A stretch of 64,000 bases of DNA from Octopus sinensis (GCF_006345805.1 NC_043001.1:76632001-76696000), one strand, 5' to 3'. Positions 25,880 to 38,645 are shown, counted from the stretch's first letter. Notes: generated by a model from the sequence alone, not told the origin. A program made the numbers and translations.

Positions 25880-27237
25880 CGGTCAGAGTTCTTTCGTCAC
25901 ACCCCTGTGACCTCATCAGTGTGTGTTCTTTTTGACACCCCTACAGAGGTACAAAAGTTTGCGTGCCAGTCGGAGGAAGGAGAGAAGATTTTGTTTCTTC
26001 CCACATACGGTGGGCGAAAATTAACGAGAGCTTGGGTGTGTGGGCTGCCACCCGGAATTGAGCCCGAGTGGATAGAGGAAACTATCCGCCGGTGTCTGGG
26101 TGGCAGCGGAGCCAGGCTCTTGAATGTCAGAATGCATCCTGTGGCTGATTGGGTGGGGTCGAAAGCAATTTTGATCCTATGGACCCAATCAGCCAAAGAT
26201 CTGGTTTTACCAGATTTTTTTATAATGGCCGCGGTCCCAGGTACCCGGTGATGGTTGAGGGACGCCCCCCCCCCAAGTGTCACCTGAAATCGGGTCACAT
26301 CAAGCAAAACTGTCGCTGGGACCGGGAAAAGGTCCTGGAACAGTTAATGAAAGAGGTGTCCCCTGTTCCCCCAGTGGAGGAAGAAGTTGAGGAGGAGGTA
26401 ACCTCCTCAAAAAAGGGGGAAGAAGAGAAAGAAGCGGGACAACAATGTTTGCCCACTTATGGATCCTGAGACGGCGGGGCGAGGGAGGGTTCTCCGGAGA
26501 TGTCGGAGGAACTCCACCCTCCCGTCGTAAAAGGAAAAAAGAAAAAGAAAAAGAAAAACGGAGCATTGCCGGGGACGGTATGTCCCGAAACCCTTTCGGT
26601 GGGATGTGTGCCACCGGACGGGGGGGGGGGGAGAATATGACCTCGCCAGTGGGATGTGTGCCACCGAGTGAGGGAGTTGAGGCCCCTTCAAGTGAAGGTG
26701 GTGAAGAATGTATGTTCTGCTGTCTCAAGGGAGGGGCTATCGACAGTTTTGTCGAAAATGAAATGGACAGTCGGATCCTGAGGGAACCGAATTGCATTGA
26801 CAGCCCAGAGTGGCCTTCGCAGGTGGCTGCTCTGGTGCTAGAAAGAAAGCAATGCAATATGATAACTGACTGATATAAAAACGAGAGTTTCAGAATTATC
26901 TATTGGAGCCCCAGATTTCGGTTGCAACAGTGTCTACAAGTTGCACGAAATTTGCTAGGGGAGGAAGTATAGAGGTTTATTGCCTCTAATTGGTGTATAA
27001 ACTGTAATTTTGGTTGTATGGACTTTTTGGTCCAAAGAAATTGTAAGAGGGTCATTACCTCGGTGTATGTATTTAAAAAAATAATGTTTTAGAGAAGCAG
27101 AGGGTCGGCGGGCGCCTTCTGCCTTCTCCCATCTTTATCATTTTTCATCATAGTCACCCGCCTCATTAATGTCTATGTCTAGCCCGCAAGCTACTCTTTG
27201 TAATGCCTCTATGGCAAATCTTTATGAAATAAAGTAG
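25880..27237 (+). mobile_element. L1/Tx1-type ORF1 pseudogene followed directly by a 3'UTR-like tail (no ORF2 seen)
   Basis: Frames 25907-26251, 26149-26469 and 26445-26873 join by frameshifts; RRM-like 'RAWVCGLPPGIEPEWIEETI', degenerate zinc knuckle 'KCHLKSGHIKQNC', acidic/basic C-terminus; ends CTTTATGAAATAAAG. Confidence 0.6.
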
Positions 27238-27239
27238 CT

Positions 27240-27400
27240 TGATTACCAACCACATGGTTCCGGGTTCATTCCCACTGCGTGGCACCTTGGGCAAGTGTCT
27301 TTTACTATAGCCTCGGAACGACCAAAGCCTTGTGAGTGGATTTGGTAGACGGAATCTGAAAGAAGCCCGTCGTATATATATATATATATATATATAGTAG
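27240..27400 (+). mobile_element. SINE family B left half ending in (TA)n
   Basis: GGTTCCGGGTTCATTCCC..CTTGGGCAAG..GAAGCCCGTCGTATATA, no right half. Confidence 0.8.
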
Positions 27401-28018
27401 AAATATGTTACGAAAAGAAAATATAAAATACACGTGGAAAGCGGTATTCTTTGTTGCCATTTTTTCCAAAAATAACATAAAAATAAAATGTTCCAGAAAC
27501 AAAATGTCCAAAAATGTTCAAATAAAAGTCATTAATAAAACACAAAGAAAGAACGGAAAGACAGAAGTGAGAAAAAAGGAATGAAGGAAGACAGTTCAAC
27601 TGGCAACAAAATTCTGCTACTCAGGTAATCCACAATTCGCAGTTCTCCGTCGCAGCACAAAAATTAAATTCTTTGCAGTCTTCGCACTCCTTGCGTGAAT
27701 GGTAAGTCCAAAGGTAATTCCAGGGCACGAACACAGTAAAAAAACAGACGATTTTCACAAACACTATTCTCACTGCAAAGTGAGTCTTTTCGCAGAACCA
27801 CAGGCAGGCAAATGTCTGGAACAGAGTGGAGTCTATTGCTCAACAAAAATTATTAATTACAGAGCAACAAACTCCACTAAGCTCCCCGGCCAAAGTAAAA
27901 CAAACGCCAACCTGTAGTCGTGCTTCAAATGTTCAAATTTTCACGTCACCACACAGCCACTCATGCGCCTACATACATATAAAAATACAATATATGGTGT
28001 GTGTTTTATATATATATA

Positions 28019-28073
<55 letters not shown>

Positions 28074-28074
<1 letters not shown>

Positions 28075-28671
28075 TTTCTACACTAGGCACAAGTCCCGAA
28101 ATTTTTGCAAAGGAGGCTAGTCAGTTACATCGATCCTAGTATACATCCTTTCGACCCCGAAAGGATGAAAAGCAAAGTCGACCTCGGCCAAAATTGAAGT
28201 CAGAACGTAAGACGTAATACCTATTTCTTTACTACCCACAAGGGGCTAAACACAGAGAGGGCAAACAGGGACAGACAAACGGATTAAGTTGATTATATCG
28301 ACCCCAGTGCATAACTGGTACTTATTTAATCGACCCCGAAAGGATGAAAGGCAAAGTCGACCTCGGTGGAATTTGAACTCAGAACGTAGCGGCAGACGAA
28401 ATACGCCTACGCATTTCGCCCAGCGTGTTAACGTTTCTTATTTCTTTACTGCCCACATGGGGCTACACACAGAGGGGACAAACAAGGACAGACAAACGGA
28501 TTAAGTCGATTATATCGTCCCCAGTGCGTAACTGGTACTTACTTAATTGACCCTGAAAGCATGAAAGGCAAAGTCGACCTCGGCGGAATTTGAACTCAGA
28601 ACGTAGCGGCGGACGAAATACCGCTAAGCGTTTCCCCCGGCGTGCTAAAGTTTCTTCCAGCTCGCCGCCTT
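28074..28671 (-). mobile_element. SINE family A trimeric array
   Basis: Head at 28671, then core+tail repeats. Confidence 0.9.
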
Positions 28672-28675
28672 GCGC

Positions 28676-28744
<69 letters not shown>

Positions 28745-29882
28745 TCACACACACACACACACACTCACACACACACACACACACTCACACACATGTATAT
28801 ATATATATATTTATTTATTTAGAAATATATGTATGCATGTATGTGCGTGTATGTATGTATGTATGTATGTATGTATGTGTGTGATGGAGTATGTATACAT
28901 GTATGTACACCTCCTCGACTTACGACCTGTCAGTCGGAACGGAACCCGGTCGTAAGTCGAGGAGAAGGTGTATGTGCATGTTCGGGAATGTCTCAGTACT
29001 ACCACCTGACAACCAATTTGGGCTTTCTTATGTCTCCGTTACTTAATTTCAACAAATGATGCCTTTAGAATAAGTGCCAGACTTAAGAAAATAAGTCCTG
29101 GGGTTGATTTGTTCGACTAAAACCGGTCAAGGCAGTGCTCCAGCATGACTAGAATCCAATGACAGAATGAAGTGAAAGATAAATAAATAAGTATACATAA
29201 GGTGTATACTAAAGTCTAGTTAATAACGTATATATTTGGAGCAAATCGTTTCCTGTACTCTTAGCCAGGATCCGAACCCTGCCTAGATTTTTCTACAAGT
29301 TCCATCCTACTGTTCTCAGCATTCATGAGAGTCAACTGTTAACCTAAGGCCATTTCGTGTCAGACGTAGTTCAAAGTATATAACAGACGAAAAAGCCTTT
29401 CTTTAACCTGGCCTGATTTGAGTAGGAAAATATCAATACAGGACCCAGATTCAATTCTACCTCTTTCACTTGGTCCTTCACTAGAAGAGCATCTCTCTTT
29501 TTCTCCATGTTTTTCCCCTTCACTAATGGCTTGTCACCGAGGGACCATACAACTTCCACGCTTTCCACTTGTCAATCCAGGGAGGTAAATTCTATTACTC
29601 TCTCTCTCTCTCTTCTTTTACATTCCGCCTTCTAGCAGTCACATAGATGAATATAGCTACTTACAAAATGAAGAATAGAACTTAACTGATATTTCTACAA
29701 CAACACGAAAAAGTTGCTTCTTATATTGTAACGGTAAAATAAAGACCATATCAGCTAATATTTTTCTCCACGTCATTTATTTGGTGCATATATCCGTTTA
29801 ATATTCATTCTTAATACGTTTCGTACGTGAATATCTGATCGCTGGTGCTTTTCGTCTTCGGAGAACACCACTCCCATTTGAT

Positions 29883-30128
29883 CAGTGGTTCTCAACTGGG
29901 GTCCACATGACTCTTAGGGTCCATATCTGTGCAATAAATTGATTATACTTCTACAATGCACAAAATATTTTAGCAATTTTTTAATACAATTCCTAATGGC
30001 ATTTAATTGCAAAGAATATAATGAGATGTTTTTAAACATTGAATGGCTTTGAGGATCCAACCAAGAAAAACAGGAATTAAGGAGGATTCATAAGTAAAAA
30101 TAAAAAAAAGACTGGTTGAAAACCACTG
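29883..30128. mobile_element. hAT/Charlie-like MITE
   Basis: TIRs CAGTGGTTCTCAAC / GTTGAAAACCACTG; no intact 8-bp TSD. Confidence 0.65.
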
Positions 30129-30174
30129 CTTAAGACTATGTGTGATCATAAGACACGCGATTCACCGGTGTAAA

Positions 30175-30234
30175 GGGGCTGTGAGACACCGCGGTGTTTC
30201 GAGCACGTTGTGTTTCCTCAGTCGAAGCTATCCC
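30175..30234 (-). ncRNA. Type I hammerhead-like motif with 12-nt palindromic stem III
   Basis: Minus: GGG-ATA-GCTTCGA-CTGAGGA-AACAC(AAC)GTGCTC-GAA-ACACCGCGGTGT-C-TCACAGC-CCC; GUC triplet, bulged stem I, imperfect stem II. Confidence 0.6.
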
Positions 30235-30957
30235 GCTGGACCGATGAATCCCACAAGAGCACGAAGTCTTGTTTATAGGAATCAGCAAAGAAATTATAAT
30301 TTAGTCCAGGCATAAGCAACATTTTTCGAAAAGCGGGCTGCATGAGACATGACTCATCATCAGGCGAGCCTAAAAATAACTCAAGGTAACTTTTCATTCG
30401 GAGTGTCCTTGACTGGTTTAGTTTATTTCTATAACACATCTTCGATGGGGAAAAAATTTATTACGAGCGGGATTTCTTCGTGTTGCTGCTGTTGTCTTTT
30501 AGCCCCAGTTCAGTTCTGATCCAGCAGAGCTATGATCAAAAGCATTCTAACCGTGGCCATCCATATATTTTAGGGAATCTTGTCTAGCATAACCTTCTTT
30601 TCTAAGATAGTATGGTGTGATTTCAAGGAAACTTGACTGCTATTTCTTGGGTGTTCGACTTAAAACGACACGCAGTTGAATACCACTTCCTGGAACTCGA
30701 GAGCTTTTAGCCGAGTACATTCTTTTGGATGCTTGAAGTGAATTGCTTCCTGGATTCTTAACCAGGATTCGAAACTTAATCTAATTTATTTTTGGAAACT
30801 ACTTTCTACTAGGTTATTGTCCGTTGTTACTCTGTCAGCAACTTTATTTGTTAATCATACACGTACCTTCGTAAATTGTTCAAAGTGAAAGTAATTTTTA
30901 AAATGTGTTGCATTGTCTGTATGTTGAAAGGCACACACACATGCACGCACGCACACA

Positions 30958-31017
<60 letters not shown>

Positions 31018-31125
31018 ACACTCACATACACACACATGCACGCACACGCACACGCTTCTTTTCTTTTCCCTCTAATAGATGTTGTGACGGATAGACAGAC
31101 AGATCTGCTTCTCTTTTATAACATA

Positions 31126-31520
31126 CTAGCAATATCGCCCGGCGTTGCTCGGGTTGTAAGGGAAATAACTATATAAGCATTTTTAGAGAGTTATAGCCAA
31201 AAAATAGCAAAAAAATGCATTAAAAATTGAAAAAAAATTAAGGTAAATTTTTTTTTAAATCGTTGACACATCGTAGATATTTTTAGAGAGTTACTTCCCT
31301 TATATAAAAGCGAAAAAAATGCATTAAAATGGAAAAATATGATGGTAAATTTATTTTAAATCGTAGACTCATCGTAGACGCACGCTAATACCCAGAAGGG
31401 CTCGATATGAATCACGACTATAAGATACCCGCTTTTGGTTAAACTGCACCGCAAAATGTGGGAGTAGTTAGGAATCTAAATCGTAGGAGACAGACACACA
31501 ACTTCACTCTTATATAAAGA
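31126..31520 (-). mobile_element. Non-autonomous Helitron-like element (395 bp)
   Basis: Minus strand A|TC at 31520; CCCGAGCAACGCCGGG hairpin then CTAG|T at 31126. Confidence 0.72.
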
Positions 31521-33809
31521 TGCTTTTTTTTTTCAGTCATAGAGTTAGATTTATGAAGGTCTTCAGTAGAAAATCCTTCGAATTCTGACTCGCTGCTTGA
31601 TATAATGAAATTCGTATCCATTTTTTGTCAGAATTACAAATTTTGAAAACACAATAGGAACAAATTTCGGAAAAAAATCTCCCATAATTCACGGAATTAA
31701 AATTACACTTCGATTTTTGTACAAAACTGTAGTTGAAGTGTTTACGAAGTATAATACGTGTTTTCACGAATGTACTAAAGAGATTTGCTCTGATATTCTC
31801 ATTTAAATATGAATAGGTAAATTCGGGCGGCTTGGTAACTATATATAAGTGTCGTCTGTTTATACATAAACACTGGTTCATACTGCAATTATATATACAT
31901 ATATCTATATATAATATTATATAATAAAATATATACAGAGTAAAATAAAAACCAATTTACCTTTTCTGTCCGTCCGTGTGTCTTTGCAAATGTGTTGGAA
32001 TGATAAGTGAGTTGAGTTTTGGCGCCTTTTTACTAATAACAAACACACACGTGTTTGTATGTAGTTGTATGTAGTTGTATATGTATGTGTATGCGTGTGT
32101 GTGAGGAATGACACACACACACTCACGCACGCACACATGTACATCAATGCTTTCGGAGTGATATGTTAAAATATTGAGTTTTCTCGAATTTTGTCTTAAT
32201 TGGTGGTAAAATTGAAAGAAATTTTTTATGGCATCACCCACTGAAGTACTCTGAAAAATCTTAGGTAAACTCTAATTGAAGAAATTTTCTGTTTGCTGTG
32301 TTTTTTTATTTTTTGAGTAGTGGTTGAAATACTTTCAGTTTAGTCTTCCTCAAATCACTCTGTCGCTATTTACTTTCATTTTATTCGTTGCACACTGTGT
32401 GTGTGCGTTTGCGTGTGGTGTAAACCAGACTAAGAAAAGCATTTGACACACACACCAGAATGTGAGTTTTCTGTAAATTTTGCTTAATTGGAGTTTAAAT
32501 TTTAAAAACTAGACCTGGCATGACGCGATGCATTGTACTCTTAAAAATGCTAGGTAAATTGTAATTGAAGAAATCCTATATTGTAGATTTGTATAACTCC
32601 CAAAGGGAGGCAGATAAAATCTGCCTTTTATAATAAGAGATGATTGATCTCGGCATTTACATGAAGAAATTTGTGAGAGCAACTGTCATATTTAAATAAG
32701 TACTATTGTTTTCTGAAAATCCTTAGGTTAAATACAGTTCAGAACAGATAACAGACAAACATCCTTTATTTAGCCTGACCTAATTTAAGTCGGAAAATAT
32801 AAATACAGAACTCAAATTCAATTCTTTCTCTTTCAGTCAGTGGCTCACCGAAGGGCATCCCTCTTTCACCTGGCGCCTAGCCAAAGGAACTCTTCTCTCA
32901 TGATAATGTCATCAAGAGAATATCTCTACTCATCAACCTAGAGATGTAAATTATCTTACTTTTCACCTTCCTTCAACCATCTGTTTCCAAGCAGATACAT
33001 AGATGAATACAACTGCCTATGAAATGGGCAACAGAACTTCAACTGTACAGCTCGAAACAGTTGTCTTTTATATGGTAACGATAAACTAAAAGCCATTCCA
33101 ACAAATTATTATTTTCCTGTCGTTCATTCCATGGATTCCTCAACAAATCCATTACACATTTAGTTACGCTTGACATTCGAACTCTAATCCGTCTATGTCT
33201 CAGCTGGAGCATGACACATCAATAAACAACCGCATATAATCGTTACACACTAAACCATAAATAATGATAGAGCTACTGCAGAGAAGCTCCTTTGTTTATC
33301 TGACATACCTTCTTCGATCGTTTTGGTCAAGAACTATTACAAGATTTCCCATTTAATATATGTAAACCTCTCCGGATCTCAGAAAGATTTCATGGTATAA
33401 AGATCTACAACAAAAGATCTGTATTTTTTTTACATGACATTATAAAGTGTGATTTGAGGGAGATCTGACTACTGCTTTTAAAGACAATTATATTATCCAA
33501 TGTGCTCCCTCAGTTTTTTAAAGAGTAGAGTAGGGTATGATCTAAAGATTTAGTTACTGTTTCCTGCAAGTGGAACAACTGCGCAGACGCTAACAACACA
33601 AAAACATACAATAGTTCGGTTTCTCTCTCTCTCTCTCTTGATCTATGCGTGCATGTATTTATATACATATATACATATGTACACATATACATATATGCAG
33701 ACACACACACACATATACCTATACATATATACGCATGCACACACATATGTACATACATACATACATACTAACATATATACAAATATACTTATACACTCAC
33801 ACATATGTA

Positions 33810-33854
<45 letters not shown>

Positions 33855-33962
33855 TATATATACAAAAAAGAATGTTGTAATTCGCTTGAAGCATTATAGT
33901 ACAGAAGTAGAAAAAGGAAAGGGAATAAAGAAAGTTTCTAAGAATGCAGAACGTTTTACAAA

Positions 33963-34005
33963 AGCCTTTATATTTCGGGCGCAAAGGCCCATCCTCAGAA
34001 AAAGC
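33963..34005 (-). ncRNA. Minimal hammerhead-like motif
   Basis: Minus: GCTTTTT-CTGAGGA-T-GGGC(CTTTGC)GCCC-GAAA-TAT-A-AAGGC; intact core and stem II, weak stem I. Confidence 0.45.
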
Positions 34006-34083
34006 AGTCCAAGAAATATAATAGTCTTTGTAAAACTTTCTGCATTATTACAAGCTTTCTTTATTTCCCTTCTATGTGTGTAT

Positions 34084-34128
<45 letters not shown>

Positions 34129-34782
34129 ACACGCACATGTGTTTTGGGTGTGTGTATGGGCGCATGTGTATATGTATATTAGTTCCCTTCACGACAATGT
34201 ATAGTTACCAGCATGACGATATATAGTCCGACCACATTGAGGCTTTCCCATTAGCTCTATAACACAGAGTGTTGACAGGACCGATAAAACTCCAAACAAA
34301 TACCTTGCTGTATTTTATGCTCCTTTATCATCAGAAATTCACCCTTGTCATGCATTGTTCAAGTGTCAATAAAATAAAGTATCAATGAAGTATTGAGACC
34401 GATATAATCGATAATATAACTGACGTTGCAAATTTATGGTCTTATGTCTATCGTTGTAACTCATCATATATTATTTATGTGCACTAAGACAAATACATTG
34501 TTATCACATGCTGTCTAATTGTAGTTATGTTGTTCATATGACAAGGATTCGAGTGTTAACCTGGCTCAATGGGAAATATCTAATTTATTTATGAGGTCGG
34601 ACATTTTATACTTTCTACGAGTCTTTTATTGAACTACAGACATTATTGTATTCAGATATTAATACATATACATAATACATACATACCTGAATGCACACAT
34701 ACATAATAAAGTTTGTTCCGATACTACTACTACTACTACTACTATACTACTACTACTACTACTACTACTTATAATGATAATA

Positions 34783-35490
34783 ATAATCCTTTCTACTAAA
34801 GGTGCAAGGCCTGAACTTTGGTGAAATGGGACTAGCCGATTACATCAACCTCTTGGCGGAATTTGAACTCGGACGTAGCAGCAGACGAAATACCTATATC
34901 TTTACTACCCACAATGGGCTAAACACAGATAGGACAAACGAATTAAGTCGATTATATCGACCCCAGTGCGTAACTGGTACTTATTAAATCGACCCCGAAA
35001 CGATGAAAGGTAAAGTCGACCTCGGCGGAATTTGAACTCAGAACGTAGCGGCAGACGAAATACCTATTTCTATTTCTTTACTACCCACAAGGGGCTAAAC
35101 ACAAAGAGGACAAACAAAGACAGACAAACGGATTAAGTTGATTATATCGACACCAGTGAGTAACTGGTACTTATTCAATCGACCCCGAAAGGATGAAAGG
35201 CAAAGTCGACCTCGGCGGAAATTGAACTCAGAACGTAGCGGCAGGCGAAATACCCATTTCTTTACTACCCACAAGGGGCTAAACACAGAGGAGACAAAGA
35301 AGGACAGACAAACGGATTAAGTCGATTACATCGACCCCAGTGTGTAACTGGTACTTAATTTATCGACTTCGAAAGAATGAAAGGCAAAGTCGACCTCGGT
35401 GGAATTTGAACTCAGAACGTAGCGGCAGGCGAAATACGGCTACGCATTTCGCCTGATTCTGGGTAACGATTCTGCCAGCTCGCCGACTCA
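34783..35490 (-). mobile_element. SINE family A multimeric array (~4 cores)
   Basis: Repeated core+tail units with GAAATA(G/T)GGTATTTCG-type junctions. Confidence 0.9.
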
Positions 35491-35739
35491 GTAACAATAA
35501 TTCGTGGGATGTCCGCAGCATAGCGATTATTCAAACAATAAAGCGTCTCTTCATTCATAATAAGTTCTGAACGTAGTGGAGGCATGGAGGAAAATGAGTG
35601 CGTATTGTGTGTGTGTATATAAGTATATATGCATGCATGTATGTACAAATATGTGTGTATGCACACACACACGCACGCACACACTAAAGCTCTTTGTATA
35701 CATACATTTTTTGTGAGTAATACATTGGCGTTTGAAGTT

Positions 35740-36406
35740 GTTGAATTTGTTTCCTAACCCAGGATAAGTGCTGGGTTCATCACTTTGATCCAGAGACAAA
35801 AAGATATTCCATGTAGTGGAAACATCCCTCCTAACCTGCTCCAAAGAAGGCCAAGGTCGTTTCATTTGCAGGGAAGGAGATGTTTCTTCGAATGCAAAAG
35901 AAATTGTGAATGCAAAAGAACTTGTGTTTATTCAAAAGGGCCATACCATCAATGGAGGGTTCTATGCCAACTTGCCGATACAGTTACGAAAGGCTGTCAA
36001 GATCAAACGCCCTGGAAAACTGACAAAGGGGGCCCTGTTCCCTCAGAACAATGCTCCAGCACACAAGTTCTTGGTTTCAGTGGCTGCTGTGCATGACTAG
36101 TTTTGAACTGGTTAATCCTCCTTCCTATTCTCCTAATTTGATCCAATCTGACTATCATCTGTTCCCCAATATGAAAAAATACGTGGCTGAGAACCAGTAT
36201 CGCAGTGACGATGATGTCATATCTGGTGTTGTTGACTTTTTGATCAACATGATGAAAGCTTTTTCAGCAATGGAGTCTAAGCTCTGTGACACCGATGGAA
36301 GAAGTGTGCAGACCCGAGGAGGACTATGTTGAAAATTAAACCTCATTTGGTCACATTCCATGAGAGTATCTTGGTCAGCCTGTGAACTTTTCAGCCGACA
36401 CTCGTA
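35740..36406 (+). mobile_element. Mariner transposase pseudogene (C-terminal DDD region) with right TIR
   Basis: 'QNNAPAH' and 'NPPSYSPNLIQSDYHLFPNMKK' match mariner HDNAPAH / HPPYSPDLAPSDYHLF; stops and frameshifts; ends ACTTTTCAGCCGACACTCG-TA. Confidence 0.9.
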
Positions 36407-36431
36407 TGTGAATATTCATGTATGTGTGTGT

Positions 36432-36469
<38 letters not shown>

Positions 36470-36680
36470 TGTGCCTGTGTTTGTCCCCAGCCACCGTCGC
36501 TTCATAACCGATGCTGGAATGTTTATGTCGCTGTAACTTAGCGGTTCGGCAAAAGAGACCGATAAAATAAGTACAAGGCTTACAAAGAATAAGTCCTGGG
36601 GTCGATTTCTTCAATTAAAACCCTTTAAGGCAGTGCTCCAGCATGGCCACAGTCAAATGATTGAAACAAGTAAAAGAATA
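36470..36680 (+). mobile_element. SINE family B right half
   Basis: Matches the B 3' module. Confidence 0.8.
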
Positions 36681-36693
36681 TATATATATATAT

Positions 36694-36749
<56 letters not shown>

Positions 36750-36792
36750 ATGGTATTATTAAAATACCATCAAAGTGGTTAGCCGTACAGGC

Positions 36793-36843
<51 letters not shown>

Positions 36844-37422
36844 CTTATGTATGTATGTATGTGTGTGTGTGTGTGTACAGATTACAGATCCATCCAGTGA
36901 GAGATAAATATCAATTTAAATACACAACTGAGATGTTTTTACGATACTTGAGCAGGCATATTTGTAAAAAAGCAATTTTTCAGGCTGAAAGATTGCTTTA
37001 AGGTTCAAGGCGTAGCGCTTTCGGTGATCTAGCACAAAAGACATTTTAGCCATAGGCTATATGTTATTCATATATAAGTACATTAAAAGGCTTCTAAAAG
37101 AAGAAGTGAGTACTAGATACACAAAAGTTGGATAAATTCAGTGAAATGAAAATTAAAAACGTTTACAAACTCGGTTCATCTTATACTGCAGTTTCGTCTT
37201 TTTCAGCATTAAATATAATTTATCACCGGCGATAAAAATTATTTTATCGCCTTTTGACTATGTTTACGTATTTCTCGATAAATTTTGACCGTTAGACCCT
37301 ATACCAGAACCCCCTCTGTTTGTCGAGTATGTTCTGCGTCTGCGCAATGATCTGAAAAATTAGAGAAAGTAAATCAGTAGAGTCGCACATGCTTCTATTG
37401 ATATGTACTTCTAGAATAACAG

Positions 37423-37502
37423 GTTGCTTACTGAAGAATCTGACCTGAGCAGATAAATTATATTTAATGCTGAAAAAGACGAAACTGCAGTATAAGATGA
37501 AC
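37423..37502 (+). ncRNA. Type I hammerhead-like ribozyme, repeat copy 1
   Basis: GTT-G-CTTA-CTGAAGA-[43-nt stem II region]-GAA-ACTGCAGT-A-TAAG-ATG-AAC: canonical core, palindromic stem III, GUA site after 37492, stem I CTTA/TAAG + GTT/AAC. Confidence 0.62.
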
Positions 37503-37848
37503 GGAGTTTGTAAACGTTTTTAATTTTCATTTCACTGAATTTATCCAACTTTTGTGTATCTAGTACTCACTTCTTCTTTTAGAAGCCTTTTAATGTACTT
37601 ATATATGAATAACATATAGCCTATGGCTAAAATGTCTTTTGTGCTAGATCACCGGCGATAAAAATTATTTTATCACCTTTTGACTATGTTTACGTATTTC
37701 TCGATAAATTTTGACCGTTAGACCCTATACCAGAACCCCCTCTGATTGTCGGGTATGTTCTGCGTCTGCGCAATGATCTGAAAAATTAGAGAAAGTAAAT
37801 CAGTAGAGTCGCACATGCTTCTATTGATATGTACTTCTAGAATAACAG

Positions 37849-37928
37849 GTTGCTTACTGAAGAATCTGACCTGAGCAGATAAATTATATTTAATGCTGAA
37901 AAAGACGAAACTGCAGTATAAGATGAAC
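37849..37928 (+). ncRNA. Type I hammerhead-like ribozyme, repeat copy 2
   Basis: Identical motif 426 bp downstream; predicted cut after 37918. Confidence 0.62.
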
Positions 37929-38023
37929 GGAGTTTGTAAACGTTTTTAATTTTCATTTCACTGAATTTATCCAACTTTTGTGTATCTAGTACTCACTTCT
38001 TCTTTTAGAAGCCTTTTAATGTA

Positions 38024-38109
<86 letters not shown>

Positions 38110-38116
<7 letters not shown>

Positions 38117-38290
38117 CATATATACGACGGGCTTCTTTCAGATTCCGTATACCAAATCCACTCACAAGGCTTTTGTTGGCCCAAGGCTATAGTAGAAGAC
38201 ACTTACCCAAGGTGCCACGCAGTGGAGCTGAACCCGGAACCATGTGGTTGGTAAGCATACTACTTACCACACAGCCACTCATACGCCTAT
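38110..38290 (-). mobile_element. SINE family B left half ending in (TA)n
   Basis: Reverse complement of B head+CORE-like part, running into (TA)n. Confidence 0.8.
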
Positions 38291-38298
38291 ATATATAT

Positions 38299-38385
<87 letters not shown>

Positions 38386-38394
38386 TTTCAAAAT

Positions 38395-38598
38395 GTGACC
38401 GCGTGTGTACCGTTGGCGATTTTTTTTCCTCTGTCTTCCCTTCTCTGGATCTTTCCGCCTCCTATGTTTCCGACAAAGAGCTCCGCTCGAAACGTTAAAC
38501 CCTCCTTCTTTCTTCTTTCCTGAGCGTCCAATAATACTATATTTGTTCCACGTCCTCGTGTTTTTGTGTTTTTTTGTGCTTTCTTGTTCGGATTAACT
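38395..38598 (+). mobile_element. ~200-bp dispersed element (copy 2) with mutated hammerhead-like motif at 38466-38500
   Basis: GTTT-CCGACAA-A-GAGCTCCGCTC-GAAACGTT-AAAC (G8 to A); homologous to 2958-3160. Confidence 0.75.
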
Positions 38599-38599
38599 T

Positions 38600-38645
<46 letters not shown>

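Larger units (their letters stand above)
37022..38032 (+). repeat. 426-bp tandem repeat (~1.9 copies, 37222-38032) preceded by a 203-bp inverted partial copy (37022-37224)
   Basis: 37022-37224 is the near-perfect reverse complement of 37452-37654; 37222 and 37648 start near-identical units. Confidence 0.92.

Noticed and set aside
29805-29870. Hammerhead-like CCGAAGA...GAAACGTA on minus strand
   Set aside because: No stem I adjacent to the cleavage site and no convincing stem II
30300-30370. CTGATGA-TGAG/CTCA...GAAA on minus strand
   Set aside because: Stem II not adjacent to GAAA; no stem I or UH geometry
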